Shown here piece after piece: positions 36,233-45,307 of a DNA stretch of 64,000 nt. Origin of the DNA: Planctomycetota bacterium (GTDB lineage Bacteria; Planctomycetota; UBA1135; UBA2386); NCBI GenBank assembly GCA_051278165.1, contig JBNMNW010000001.1:42235-106234 (forward strand), read 5' to 3'. The notes beneath the pieces are model-generated. The model had not been told where the DNA came from. It saw only the letters and a list, made by a program, of their open reading frames with translations, and searched no databases. The translations under genes were made by a program, and so were the position numbers. The number at the start of each line of letters is the position of its first letter. The stretch's first letter is position 1.

Positions 36233-36316
36233 GCCTTAAAGGATCTACCGCCGACGCAGGGTTGCAAGCTTCGAAACCTCTACAGGTAAACCCTTAGCGC
36301 ATTCCTTCAGGCACAC

Positions 36317-37663
36317 TTGCGCAGCGGCCCATCAAGGCGGTGCGAGGATCTGGTCGATGTGATAGCCGTGGAACGCCTCGACATAGTCATTGCCAAAGAT
36401 GGCATGCAAGCAGAAGTCGTCCTTCGTCAAGGCCCAGCACTCAGCACAACTGAGCTAGCTGAGGCACTCGCAGCCGCTGGAGTTGTGCACGGGATCGATG
36501 CCGATGCCGTCACGCGTTTGTGCGCCGCCGCCTCGGAGACCCGAGAGATCGTCGCGCACGGCACCGTCGCCAAGCCTGGGCAAAACGAAGAACTGCGCGC
36601 AGAGGAGTGGCACCGCAAGCTGTCTGGCACGACGTTCCCATCGGGCAAGATCAATTACCGCGAACGACATTTCCTGCACCCGCTTACAGAAACCGACGTG
36701 TTGGGCACGATCACCGCACGCACGGACGGCGATGCCGGCAGAGATGTGCTCGGGCGTGAGTTACCGACCACCTCAGGCCAACCGCTTCACCAGCGCATCG
36801 GGGACGGCGCCATACGCAAAGGCAACTCGATCATCGCGCGACGCAACGGAGTCGCACTCGTCAACGAAGAATGGATCGACGTCGTGCCGCTCTACACGCA
36901 CAGCGGCAATGTCGACTATGCATCCGGCAACCTGCGAACGGCGGGGTCTCTACTGATCGAAGGGGAAGTAACAGTTGGGTTCCTAGCCGATGCCGATGGC
37001 GACATCGCCGTCATGGGCACGGTGCAAGGCGAAGTGCATGCCAAGGGATCCGTGATGATTGAACGAGGCATCTTGGGCAAGCAGACCGTGCGCGCCGGCG
37101 CAGACCTCACGTGCCACCACGCCACCAATGGCACGCTGCGGGCCGGCAACAACTTGGTGGTCGCCGACCAAAGCTCCCAATGCAGTCTGCATGCACGAAA
37201 CGTGCTCGTCATCGACGGTCGCGCCACCGTGCGCGGCGGACAGATCTGCGCCCGTGACCGCATCCTTGTCGGGACCGCGGGATCGGTGGCAGGCCCTCCC
37301 ACAGTCCTTGCCGTAGGCCAACTGTTAGACGAACGCGCCGAACTAGCGCGGCGCAACGCCGCGACCCATCGTGAATCGAGGCGCTCCAAACGATCACCAG
37401 ATCGCGGCCAAGCGAGCAAGAGCAATCGAATTGCCGTCAAAGCCAATGACCACGCACTGGCTGAGAAGCTGCGGCTGAAACGGCTGCAACGCGAGATTCT
37501 GCGCGAGGCGAGCATTCATGTCAGCAAGATGTGCTTCAGCGGCGTGAAGATCGAATTCGGCCAGTTCCGCCTGCAGGTAGATCACGACCTACGCGACGTC
37601 ACGTTCCGCTTCGATTTGGAAACAGACACGATTCGACACAACAGGCACGAGAACCCAGCATGA
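36317..37663 (+). CDS. FapA/DUF342-family protein
   Basis: Beta-helix-like repeats typical of DUF342: GNVDYASGNLRTAGSLLIEGEV, GDIAVMGTVQGEVHAKGSVMIERGI and LRAGNNLVVADQSSQCSLHARNVLVI. A C-terminal coiled coil is present. The real start may be GTG 36368 (VERLDIVIAKDGMQAEVVL). Confidence 0.75.
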   Translation: MRSGPSRRCEDLVDVIAVERLDIVIAKDGMQAEVVLRQGPALSTTELAEALAAAGVVHGIDADAVTRLCAAASETREIVAHGTVAKPGQNEELRAEEWHRKLSGTTFPSGKINYRERHFLHPLTETDVLGTITARTDGDAGRDVLGRELPTTSGQPLHQRIGDGAIRKGNSIIARRNGVALVNEEWIDVVPLYTHSGNVDYASGNLRTAGSLLIEGEVTVGFLADADGDIAVMGTVQGEVHAKGSVMIERGILGKQTVRAGADLTCHHATNGTLRAGNNLVVADQSSQCSLHARNVLVIDGRATVRGGQICARDRILVGTAGSVAGPPTVLAVGQLLDERAELARRNAATHRESRRSKRSPDRGQASKSNRIAVKANDHALAEKLRLKRLQREILREASIHVSKMCFSGVKIEFGQFRLQVDHDLRDVTFRFDLETDTIRHNRHENPA

Positions 37664-38064
37664 GCAACCTTCTAAAGCAACTGCTCGCCAGGGACGTCAT
37701 GAACGAAGGCATCCAATGGGCGGACAGCACCGAGAACCTGCGGACGGCCGGCAACCGCATGGCGAAACATCGCATTCGCACGCTGCTCGTACGGGGCCAG
37801 GACGAGCATGATCTGCCCGGTATTCTGTCGAGCAAGGATGTCGTCAACATGGTCGGTGCCCACGATCTTTCGGTGCTTGACGAACTGCACGTGGAAGACG
37901 CGTGTACCCGTCCGGCCATATGTGTTCCGGAAACCACACACTTACTCGATTGCATCAACCTGATGCGTATGGCGGGAGTGCGCCGCATGCCGGTCCTACG
38001 CGAAGGCAAGGTCGTCGGGATCCTCAGTCTCAGCGATGTCTTTGATCGCATCATGAAGAACTGA
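37660..38064 (+). CDS. CBS-domain-pair protein
   Basis: ATG 37660 overlaps the fapA-like stop (ATGA at 37660-37663). 134 aa with two CBS-like units (VMNEGIQWADSTENL...IRTLLV...GILSSKDVV; ICVPETTHLLDCINLM...VRRMPVLREGKVVGILSLSDV). Confidence 0.8.
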   Translation: MSNLLKQLLARDVMNEGIQWADSTENLRTAGNRMAKHRIRTLLVRGQDEHDLPGILSSKDVVNMVGAHDLSVLDELHVEDACTRPAICVPETTHLLDCINLMRMAGVRRMPVLREGKVVGILSLSDVFDRIMKN

Positions 38065-38138
38065 CGATCGGCGGCCGCTGAGTCAAACCGAGAGCTGATC
38101 GTGCGGGACTAGCTGCAGATCACGTCATAGGATGCGCC

Positions 38139-39110
38139 TCAAGCAACGGCCGATGCAGTTTCAACATCCTGCGTGCCAGAATCCTGAGTAGCTGAATCCT
38201 GAGTGCCTGAATCCTGCGCAGCTGGCCGGGCAACTCCTTGCCGCGAAACCGCGCGAACCGCCTTACCGGCATCCATCGCAGGTGCGCCGGCCAGCAGCCG
38301 GCCGAGATGTTCGTGGATGCGCTTGCGGGCGCGGAACACGACCATCTTTAACGCCTCTGGGCGGATGCCGAGGATCTGCGCGAGCTCTGCGTAACGCATG
38401 CGGCGCACCTCCACCATCTGCAGAACGAAGCGTTCGCGTTCGCCCAGACGCTGGAAGGCGACCAAGTAGGCTTGCAGCACAACTCCGAACGCCGCGGCTG
38501 TCGCCCGGCACTCTTCGTTGTTCTCTGCTTCCATGCTCGGCTCGCGCATCGACGTGTCAGCCTGCTCCTGCAGCGTTTCTGGATCGCGCAGAGTAATGCC
38601 TAGATCGCGCTTGCTACGGCGAAGGTGCCTGCGAATCGCGTTGTCGACGATCGTCGACGACCACGCGGCAAAGGCACCAGGTCGCGACGCCAGGAAGCGA
38701 TCGGGATATCGATAGATATTGACGATCGTGTCCTGCCAGACCTCACTGGGGTCCAGCATGGCGCCCAGTGATCGAAGCCGGGAGCGAACGCGAGCTCGCA
38801 GATGAGGGCCAGCCCAGCGAACCAGGCCGTCATAGGCCTCTGGGTCACGGGTCTTGCGGAAGGAATCCATTAAGGCTGTCGCGAGTGCGGCATCAGCGGT
38901 AGCTGAGTCGGCACTATCGAGCGGACCGTCACAACCGAGTTTCTCAAGAAGAGAGATCAGCTGTGCGCGGTTTCGCTCACGCTCAGAGAACGCTACTGAG
39001 CAACTAGCCAGATGCGAGGGGGAGCAGGTCATGGCGAACATCCCCTTGCGAAGGGTGGGCCAATGGGTCGCAAAAACGTCCCAGTAGGCGGGTATATGCT
39101 CCTTAAGCAT
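38139..39110 (-). CDS. sigma-70-family (ECF-type) RNA polymerase sigma factor with N-terminal extension and C-terminal QDS repeats
   Basis: The region-2-like segment is VWQDTIVNIYRYPDRF...AWSSTIVDNAIRRHLRR. The region-4 HTH is RERFVLQMVEVRRMRYAELAQILGIRPEALKMVVFRARKRI. The C-terminal AQDSGTQDSATQDSGTQD comes from 4 x 15-bp repeats at 38166-38225. Confidence 0.8.
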   Translation of the reverse strand: MLKEHIPAYWDVFATHWPTLRKGMFAMTCSPSHLASCSVAFSERERNRAQLISLLEKLGCDGPLDSADSATADAALATALMDSFRKTRDPEAYDGLVRWAGPHLRARVRSRLRSLGAMLDPSEVWQDTIVNIYRYPDRFLASRPGAFAAWSSTIVDNAIRRHLRRSKRDLGITLRDPETLQEQADTSMREPSMEAENNEECRATAAAFGVVLQAYLVAFQRLGERERFVLQMVEVRRMRYAELAQILGIRPEALKMVVFRARKRIHEHLGRLLAGAPAMDAGKAVRAVSRQGVARPAAQDSGTQDSATQDSGTQDVETASAVA

Positions 39111-39183
39111 GTGTCACTCCGCGACTTGTTACGTTTCCTAGGGTTTTTCCCCTAACTCACTCTACGACTTCAACGGATCGAAC

Positions 39184-41220
39184 TTGAGCGCCGTCACGTG
39201 CGGAGCCGAACAAAGGAGCAGGCCACACGTGACCAGCACAACTTCGTTCAATCGCGCCCACAATCCGCTGCGCCAGCTCCCTTCGGTGTTGGCGATGCCG
39301 GACTTACAGCGACGCCTCAGGCGCGTGATGGACGAGCAGGTGATCGACGAAGACGAGCTCGTGGCGCTCCTCAAGATTGACCCGCTAGCGGCTGTGCGCG
39401 GTCTGCGGGTCGCGAGCACCGCGATCTTCCGCCAGGCGAACGAACTGCCGACCGTACGCGGCATTGTGCGCAGCCTAGGCCCAACACTCAGCAAGAGGCT
39501 GTTCAGGCAGCCCGCCACAGACATCGCCGACTGCGATCAGCTGAAGAATCTGTGGCTCCACGCGATCGCAACGGCCCACGCGGCCAAAGAACTGGCCGCT
39601 CGCACCGGGTTGATCGATCCCGAGGTCGCCTACCTCGTCGGCCTGCTGCACGACCTGCCCGAATGGCTGCGTCGCCTCAACCAGATCGAGCCGGGTTCGG
39701 CTTCCAGCAACTTCCAACCGACGGATTGGATCCTCAACTGGCACCTGCCGGCACCGTTCGTATCGCTGATTCTGGCGATCGACATGGGCGACAAGCCTGC
39801 TTCGGCTGATGAACCACCCGACCCGGCAGGACTGATCCTCGCCGCAGAACTGCTTGCAGAACTCGCCGGCTACCATCACGACGAGCACGAGGCCGACCAC
39901 TCGCTGCACAACGCGCTGAAGATCGACCAGTCGGAATTGCTCGTGGTAGAGCAACTCGAAAAGAAGGTGGACGAGTCCCTGCAAGCCTTCGGGCTTGATC
40001 GAGCAGCGCCCAGAAACGAGTTGGTAGCAACCGATGAAGACCCCGCACCTGACGAGGCGAAAAGCAATATCGACCAAGTCGTAATGAGCATCCTCGGGTG
40101 CACACGATCCGAAAGTTACCGCGGCATCATCACCGTGCTGACCGCTGCATCCGTGCGCTACGGCAACTACGACCGCGCGTTCTACGCCAAGTGGCACGAC
40201 AAAAGTGCAACCTTGACGCTGCGCTCCAAGGCCGACTCCTCAGCGCGCCGCATGGTGCTAACGCGCCTCCAGGTTGCCGACCACGAAGCCGCACTCCTTC
40301 GCAGCGCGCTGGAGACGCAAACGCCTAGACACCTCGCGGTAGGGCCTAGCAAGGCCAATGGCTTGCTAGGCATGCTGTCAACCGACGAGCTGCTGGCAAT
40401 CCCGCTTAACTGTGATTTCGAATCACCGGCGTTCTTGCTGCTCGACCGCTCCGTCACGCTTACGCCGATCACCGCGTCGGCCGACATGACGATGGCGACC
40501 ATGCTCGGCATGACCGGCTCATTGCTAATCCAGAACCTGCTGCTTCGCCGCCGCCGCCAACGCGCTCAGAAGTTTGCCCTGACAGATCCGCTGACGAGGC
40601 TGTTCAACCGGCGCATGGGCATGTACGAGCTTGAGCAGGCCATCGCGCGCACCGGCCGTGACAGCCGCCCGCTGACTATCTTGATGTGCGATCTCGACCA
40701 CTTCAAGCGACTCAACGACACCCTCGGCCACGTCTGCGGCGATTCAGCTCTACGCGCGACCGCCGACGTGCTGCGTCACTCGGTGCGCAAGACCGACACC
40801 GTCTGTCGCTACGGCGGCGAAGAGTTCTTGGTCATGCTGCCCGACACCACTCCCGACGATGCAACCGTGCTCGCCGCTCGGATGTTCACCGCCGTGCATG
40901 CACGCGGCGAAGAATTGGGCCTGCCAATCACCATCTCCATTGGCCTGACGAGCCTCCGCCAAGACGACACGATGGAGTCTGTGCTGATCCGTGCCGACCA
41001 CGCGCTCTACGCCAGCAAAGGCTACGGACGCAACCGCTTCTCCGCTGACGTCGACTTCGACGACGACGACGACGACGAGCAAGCCGCAACGCCAGCTCCG
41101 ACTTCGAACGAACAACGCTCCGCCAAACAGCCAGCGGAAGCTAGCCCTTCCACCTCGGCGGTCGAACCAGCATCCCCCACCGGCGGCTCGGTTCCTGGCG
41201 ACAAGCAAGACGACGCCTAA
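39184..41220 (+). CDS. HDOD-domain / GGDEF-domain diguanylate cyclase
   Basis: The HDOD pattern is LKIDPLAAVRGLRVASTAIF...VRGIVRSLG...LWLHAIATAHAAKELA...AYLVGLLHDLPEWL. The GGDEF domain is DPLTRLFNRR...CDLDHFKRLND..GH..GD, with RKTD (I-site RxxD) 5 aa before GGEEF. It has a poly-Asp/acidic tail. Start is ambiguous (GTG 39229 with AGGAG upstream, or ATG 39295). Confidence 0.85.
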   Translation: MSAVTCGAEQRSRPHVTSTTSFNRAHNPLRQLPSVLAMPDLQRRLRRVMDEQVIDEDELVALLKIDPLAAVRGLRVASTAIFRQANELPTVRGIVRSLGPTLSKRLFRQPATDIADCDQLKNLWLHAIATAHAAKELAARTGLIDPEVAYLVGLLHDLPEWLRRLNQIEPGSASSNFQPTDWILNWHLPAPFVSLILAIDMGDKPASADEPPDPAGLILAAELLAELAGYHHDEHEADHSLHNALKIDQSELLVVEQLEKKVDESLQAFGLDRAAPRNELVATDEDPAPDEAKSNIDQVVMSILGCTRSESYRGIITVLTAASVRYGNYDRAFYAKWHDKSATLTLRSKADSSARRMVLTRLQVADHEAALLRSALETQTPRHLAVGPSKANGLLGMLSTDELLAIPLNCDFESPAFLLLDRSVTLTPITASADMTMATMLGMTGSLLIQNLLLRRRRQRAQKFALTDPLTRLFNRRMGMYELEQAIARTGRDSRPLTILMCDLDHFKRLNDTLGHVCGDSALRATADVLRHSVRKTDTVCRYGGEEFLVMLPDTTPDDATVLAARMFTAVHARGEELGLPITISIGLTSLRQDDTMESVLIRADHALYASKGYGRNRFSADVDFDDDDDDEQAATPAPTSNEQRSAKQPAEASPSTSAVEPASPTGGSVPGDKQDDA

Positions 41221-41295
41221 CGGGCCGAGCAGCTATACCCCTGCCGAAAGCACGTCGCCGCGTGGACAGATAGCCACCATCCTCGCCTTGCATTG

Positions 41296-41331
41296 GCTCA
41301 GGGTCTACGGGTTCGAAGCGAGGCCCTGAGC
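41296..41331. terminator. possible bidirectional hairpin between convergent genes
   Basis: GCTCAGGG (41296-41303) and CCCTGAGC (41324-41331) form the stem, with a 20-nt loop. There is no T-tract. Confidence 0.25.
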
Positions 41332-41337
41332 TGCAAG

Positions 41338-42300
41338 CTATTGCGCGTTCTTGCGTAGGAAGCTGCGCATCTTCTCGGCAATCTCCGCACCGTCTTCCTC
41401 GAGAGCGAAGTGACCGGTGTCCAAGAGGTGGAACTCCAGGTTCTTGAGGTCGCGCTTGTAGGGATGGGCACCGTCGGCCGGAAAGATGTGATCGTTCTTA
41501 CCCCATACGATCAGCGTCGGGGGTTGGTGCTTGCGCAGGTAGCTCTGCCATTCAGGGTAGAGCGCCGGATTGCTGCCATAGTCGTAGAACAGGGCAAGCT
41601 GGATCTCTTGGTTGCCCTCGCGATCGAGCAGGCGCTGATCGATGTTCCAGTTGTCGGGGCTGATCGTTGCCACGTTGCGCACTCCGTGGGTGTATTGCCA
41701 CTTGGTCGCGTCGATCGTGAGCAGGCTGCGCAGTGCGTCGGCGTTCTTGGTCGTCTTGTCGTTCCAGTAAGCCTTGATCGGCGTCCAGAACTCACGCAGG
41801 CCTTCGCTGTAGGCGTTGCCGTTCTGGATGATCAGCGCGTTGACGCGCTCCGGATGACGAGTGGCTAGACGGAAGCCAACCGGTGCCCCGTAGTCCATCA
41901 GGTAGATGCTGTAACTTGAGAGCTTGAGCTTCTCGGTGAACGCCTCGACGACGTTGGTCAAGTTGTCGAAGGTGTAGTCGAACTTGTCGACGGCAGGCAT
42001 CGAGCTGTTGCCAAAGCCGGGGTAGTCCGGGGCCACGACGTGGTATTCCTTCGCAAGCTCTGGGATCAGGTTGCGGAACATGTGCGACGACGTCGGGAAG
42101 CCGTGCAGCAGCAGCACGGTCGGCGCGGTGCTCGGGCCGGCCTCGCGGTAGAAGATCTCGAGGCCGTCGATCTTGACGGTCTTATGGAGGACTTGCGTGT
42201 TGGCGTCAGTCGGCTGCGGGACGGGCTGCGGATCCGCGAAGCTGGCGGCGACGGCGAAGAGCGGGAGTGCGATAGCAATCGCGGTTGTGAAGGTGTTCAT
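41338..42300 (-). CDS. secreted alpha/beta hydrolase of the epoxide-hydrolase/haloalkane-dehalogenase type (Asp nucleophile)
   Basis: Signal peptide [22 protein letters not shown]. The HGxP oxyanion motif is [13 protein letters not shown]. The nucleophile elbow is [10 protein letters not shown] (Sm-x-Asp-x-Sm). C-terminal GHFALEE supplies the catalytic His. Confidence 0.8.
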   Translation of the reverse strand: MNTFTTAIAIALPLFAVAASFADPQPVPQPTDANTQVLHKTVKIDGLEIFYREAGPSTAPTVLLLHGFPTSSHMFRNLIPELAKEYHVVAPDYPGFGNSSMPAVDKFDYTFDNLTNVVEAFTEKLKLSSYSIYLMDYGAPVGFRLATRHPERVNALIIQNGNAYSEGLREFWTPIKAYWNDKTTKNADALRSLLTIDATKWQYTHGVRNVATISPDNWNIDQRLLDREGNQEIQLALFYDYGSNPALYPEWQSYLRKHQPPTLIVWGKNDHIFPADGAHPYKRDLKNLEFHLLDTGHFALEEDGAEIAEKMRSFLRKNAQ

Positions 42301-42343
42301 CGGTCTGGTCTCTTGGTAGCGGTAAGTAAAAGGTGAGGGTCAA

Positions 42344-42916
42344 TCAGGCGTTCGCCGGCGACTCTGGTCGCGTCCACGCGAATCGCTGGAACGATGCGTC
42401 GACCGGCGTCTCGGCAATGTGGTTGGCGAAGTTGCTGAGCGTCTTGAGGCTGATCCCAAGCACGACTTCGAGCACGTGTCGCTTCGTGTAGCCGGCGGCT
42501 AAGAACGCCTCGATGTCTGGCTCCGATACCACGCCGCGCATCTGCACGACCAGGCGTGTGAACGTGCGCAACGCTTCGAGCTTCGGCTCCTGGATTGCCG
42601 TGCCGTTGCGCACGCTATCGGTGACGTGCTGCGGCACATCTTGCATCGAGGCGATCGCGGAATGCGCCGCCATGCAGTATTCGCAGTTGTTCTCGAAGCT
42701 CGTCGTCAACAGCACGATCTGCAGTTCCGTCGGACTGAACAGCGAGGACTTGTTGAGGATCGAGCCGAGGCTGGCATAGGCCTCGACGATCGCCGGAGAC
42801 TCAGCGAGCACGCCGAACAGGTTGGGGATGGTGCCAAACTTCTGCTTGGCTTCTTTGAGCACCGGCTGCGATTGTGCCGGTGCGGATTCCATGGTGTGGA
42901 CTTCGAAAGTGGTCAT
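42344..42916 (-). CDS. carboxymuconolactone decarboxylase / AhpD-like family protein (CxxC)
   Basis: 190 aa. NCEYCMAAHS (CxxC followed by His) lies in an all-helical context typical of the AhpD-like core. Confidence 0.75.
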   Translation of the reverse strand: MTTFEVHTMESAPAQSQPVLKEAKQKFGTIPNLFGVLAESPAIVEAYASLGSILNKSSLFSPTELQIVLLTTSFENNCEYCMAAHSAIASMQDVPQHVTDSVRNGTAIQEPKLEALRTFTRLVVQMRGVVSEPDIEAFLAAGYTKRHVLEVVLGISLKTLSNFANHIAETPVDASFQRFAWTRPESPANA

Positions 42917-42976
42917 CGTTCTTGCTCTCTCTTGTTGGTTGGTTCGTTGGTGAGTTGCTTGGCTGCCGCTGACGGA

Positions 42977-43429
42977 TCAGGTGGAGCCAACGGCCTGGTA
43001 GCCGCGCCCCTCGGTGGCCGCCGCTCGCCGCTCGACGGGGATGAACGCTGCCAGCACTAGGCCAAAGCCGAGGTGTCGTGCGAGCGTGATGAACGGCATC
43101 GCGATGCCCGCTTCGATCCCGGCGATGCCGGCCCCGAGCAGCGGCAACATGAACAGCCACACACCGAAGACGGTCTCGGCGGTGACGTAGGTCAGGGCGC
43201 GGGTGACGCGCGAACCCCAAAGGGATGGCGCGACCGCGGCGTAGATGACGGCCAGCAGGGCGCCGTTGGCGTAGTGCGCAAACACGCCGGCTGTGGTCCC
43301 GGTGCCGAGCTTGGCGCCGAGCAGCTGCGGGATATCCCACCAGGCGCCGGTGATTAGCAGGCCGAGGATGTCGAACGCGAGGGTGCCGAGTAGGCCGGCG
43401 AGGATGGTGAGCTTCCAGTTGATCTTCAT
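42977..43429 (-). CDS. small 4-TM membrane protein of unknown function
   Basis: 150 aa with four hydrophobic segments. AGGA lies 7 nt upstream of the ATG. It is the first gene downstream of the predicted sigma-54 promoter. Confidence 0.65.
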   Translation of the reverse strand: MKINWKLTILAGLLGTLAFDILGLLITGAWWDIPQLLGAKLGTGTTAGVFAHYANGALLAVIYAAVAPSLWGSRVTRALTYVTAETVFGVWLFMLPLLGAGIAGIEAGIAMPFITLARHLGFGLVLAAFIPVERRAAATEGRGYQAVGST

Positions 43430-43464
43430 AGCGAGTCCTGCGGGTTAGGGTTCGACCGACCTAA

Positions 43465-43481
43465 AGCACAAGCCGTGCCAG
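43465..43481 (-). promoter_or_regulatory. sigma-54 (-24/-12) promoter
   Basis: The minus strand 43481->43465 reads CTGGCACGGCTTGTGCT, against consensus YTGGCACGrNNNTTGCW. GG and GC are correctly spaced and there is one mismatch (G for the first T of TTGC). It lies ~35 nt upstream of ATG 43429. Confidence 0.7.
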
Positions 43482-43548
43482 ACGCATAGAGAACTCATAA
43501 AGTTCTGATTCATAGCATCTTACGAGACATCACATCAACCAATCAAGG

Positions 43549-43604
43549 TGACGAAATATCGTTAATTTACGAGGAGTCGTGACTGACTCACGAAATATCG
43601 TAAG
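43549..43604. promoter_or_regulatory. two copies of imperfect palindrome ACGAAATATCGT (candidate enhancer/UAS for the sigma-54 activator)
   Basis: Copies lie at 43551-43562 and 43590-43601, spaced 39 bp. Each is ACGA-N4-TCGT (10 of 12 positions self-complementary). Their centres sit ~75 and ~115 bp upstream of the -24 element. Confidence 0.5.
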
Positions 43605-45207
43605 TTCAGACGTCATGGACAGCCTTGAAGGTGAGTTCGCGGAACTGATGCTGGAGATGCCCCAGCAGCGGACCTGCTCGGGCCTGCTGGACCTGATCGT
43701 GCGGCGGTTGAACCAGCGTGCCGGCACGGCGCTGGCGCGGATCTGGCTGGCGCTTCCGGGCGACATCTGCGACGCGTGCCACCTGGCTTCGGAGTGTCGT
43801 GATCGCACGACCTGCATGCATCTGGAAGCGAGCGCCGGCAAATCGCTCGTGGATGCCTCGGCGGACTGGTCCGCAACCGATGGCGCGTTTCGCCGGTTCC
43901 CAATGGGCGTGCGCAAGGTCGGCAAGATCGCTGCAACCCGGCAACCGGTCGAGGTGCCCGACATCACCGGCAACGAGAGTTGGATTGCTCGCCCCGAATG
44001 GGTCAAGGCCGAGGGCATCCGTGGCTTTGGTGGCCAGCCACTGCTCTTCAAAGGCGAAGTGCTCGGAGTCTTAGCGGTCTTTACGCGGGAGCCGCTCAAA
44101 CCGCACGCGCTGGTCGGCCTGCGCATGATCGCGGACCACGCCGCCATCGCGATCGCGAACGCCCGCGCCTTCGAGCAGATCGATGAACTGCGCGCCAAGC
44201 TCGAACTCGAGAACACCTACCTGCGCGAAGAAGTGCGCGAGGCCTCGATGTTTGGCGAGATCGTTGGCCAGAGCCCTGCCTTGCGGCACGTCATCGAGCA
44301 GATGGATCTCGTCGCAACAACATCCGCAACGGTCTTGATCACCGGCGAGTCCGGCACTGGCAAGGAACTAGTGGCCCGCGAGATCCATGATCGCAGCGGC
44401 CGTCGCGATTGCCCGATGATCAAGGTCAACTGCGCATCCGTGCCGCGCGAACTTTACGAGAGCGAGTTCTTCGGACATGTGAAAGGTGCGTTCACGGGAG
44501 CGGTGCAAGATCGCGTCGGACGCTTCGCCGCAGCCGACGGCGGCACCTTGTTCCTCGATGAAGTCGGCGAGATTCCTCTCGAACTGCAAAGCAAGCTGCT
44601 GCGTGTGCTGCAAGAAGGTGAGTACGAACGAGTCGGCGACGAGCGTACGCAGCAGGTCGACGTGCGCATCGTGGCCGCCACCAATCGCAACCTAAAGGCC
44701 GAGGTCGAAGCAGGACGATTTCGACAGGATCTCTACTACCGCTTAAACGTGTTCCCGCTGCTCGCTGTCCCCCTGCGCGATCGTCGTGATGACATTCCGC
44801 TGCTAGCCGAGCACTTCCTGAAGAAGGCCGCTCGCGGCATGAATCGGCCGATTCCAAAGCTGACCAAGGCGGGCGTTGCGCAGCTCCAGAGCTACCAATG
44901 GCCTGGCAATGTGCGTGAACTACAGAACGTGATCGAACGCTCGGTCATCACGTCAACGGGCCGCTCGCTGCGATTTGATTTGCCAACAGAACCCGAAGCC
45001 GCGCGCGGTGAGGATGGCGCCAAGGAAGTGCGCGTCATCGCCACGGATGCCGAGATGAAGCGTCGAGAGCGCAGCAATCTCACGGCCGCGCTTGAGGAGA
45101 CTCGCTGGAAGATATCAGGTGCCGGTGGCGCAGCAGAACTACTCGGCATTCGCGCCACAACGTTGACGTCACGCCTCAAGAAACTTGGCATCGAGCGCGG
45201 GCTCTAG
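43579..45207 (+). CDS. sigma-54-dependent transcriptional activator (GAF sensor, AAA+ domain, Fis-type HTH)
   Basis: The GAF-like N-terminal domain contains [19 protein letters not shown]+ motifs are [29 protein letters not shown] and RVIAATN. The C-terminal HTH is [21 protein letters not shown]. The start is either GTG 43579 or ATG 43615. Confidence 0.9.
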   Translation: MTDSRNIVSSDVMDSLEGEFAELMLEMPQQRTCSGLLDLIVRRLNQRAGTALARIWLALPGDICDACHLASECRDRTTCMHLEASAGKSLVDASADWSATDGAFRRFPMGVRKVGKIAATRQPVEVPDITGNESWIARPEWVKAEGIRGFGGQPLLFKGEVLGVLAVFTREPLKPHALVGLRMIADHAAIAIANARAFEQIDELRAKLELENTYLREEVREASMFGEIVGQSPALRHVIEQMDLVATTSATVLITGESGTGKELVAREIHDRSGRRDCPMIKVNCASVPRELYESEFFGHVKGAFTGAVQDRVGRFAAADGGTLFLDEVGEIPLELQSKLLRVLQEGEYERVGDERTQQVDVRIVAATNRNLKAEVEAGRFRQDLYYRLNVFPLLAVPLRDRRDDIPLLAEHFLKKAARGMNRPIPKLTKAGVAQLQSYQWPGNVRELQNVIERSVITSTGRSLRFDLPTEPEAARGEDGAKEVRVIATDAEMKRRERSNLTAALEETRWKISGAGGAAELLGIRATTLTSRLKKLGIERGL

Positions 45208-45216
45208 CGCCTGCTG

Positions 45217-45241
45217 CTGATCGGCGTCGTCAACCGATCAG
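45217..45241. terminator. possible hairpin between the convergent activator and blh genes
   Basis: CTGATCGG (45217-45224) and CCGATCAG (45234-45241) form the stem, with a 9-nt loop. There is no T-tract. Confidence 0.25.
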
Positions 45242-45307
45242 CTAACCCTGCTAGTCGTGGTTACCAAGCCCAATCACTACCCAGACTTTCGCCAAGATCC
45301 TAGCCAC

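Noticed and set aside
40188-40205. TGGCACGACAAAAGTGCA, a second sigma-54-like motif
   Set aside because: The GG-to-GC spacing is two nucleotides too long. It also lies in the middle of the GGDEF coding sequence, with no downstream gene start.
41296-41331. tRNA-like T-loop sequence GGGTTCGAAGC in a hairpin
   Set aside because: Only a single 8-bp stem with a 20-nt loop is present. There is no acceptor, D or anticodon arm and no CCA context, so it is more simply a hairpin between convergent genes.
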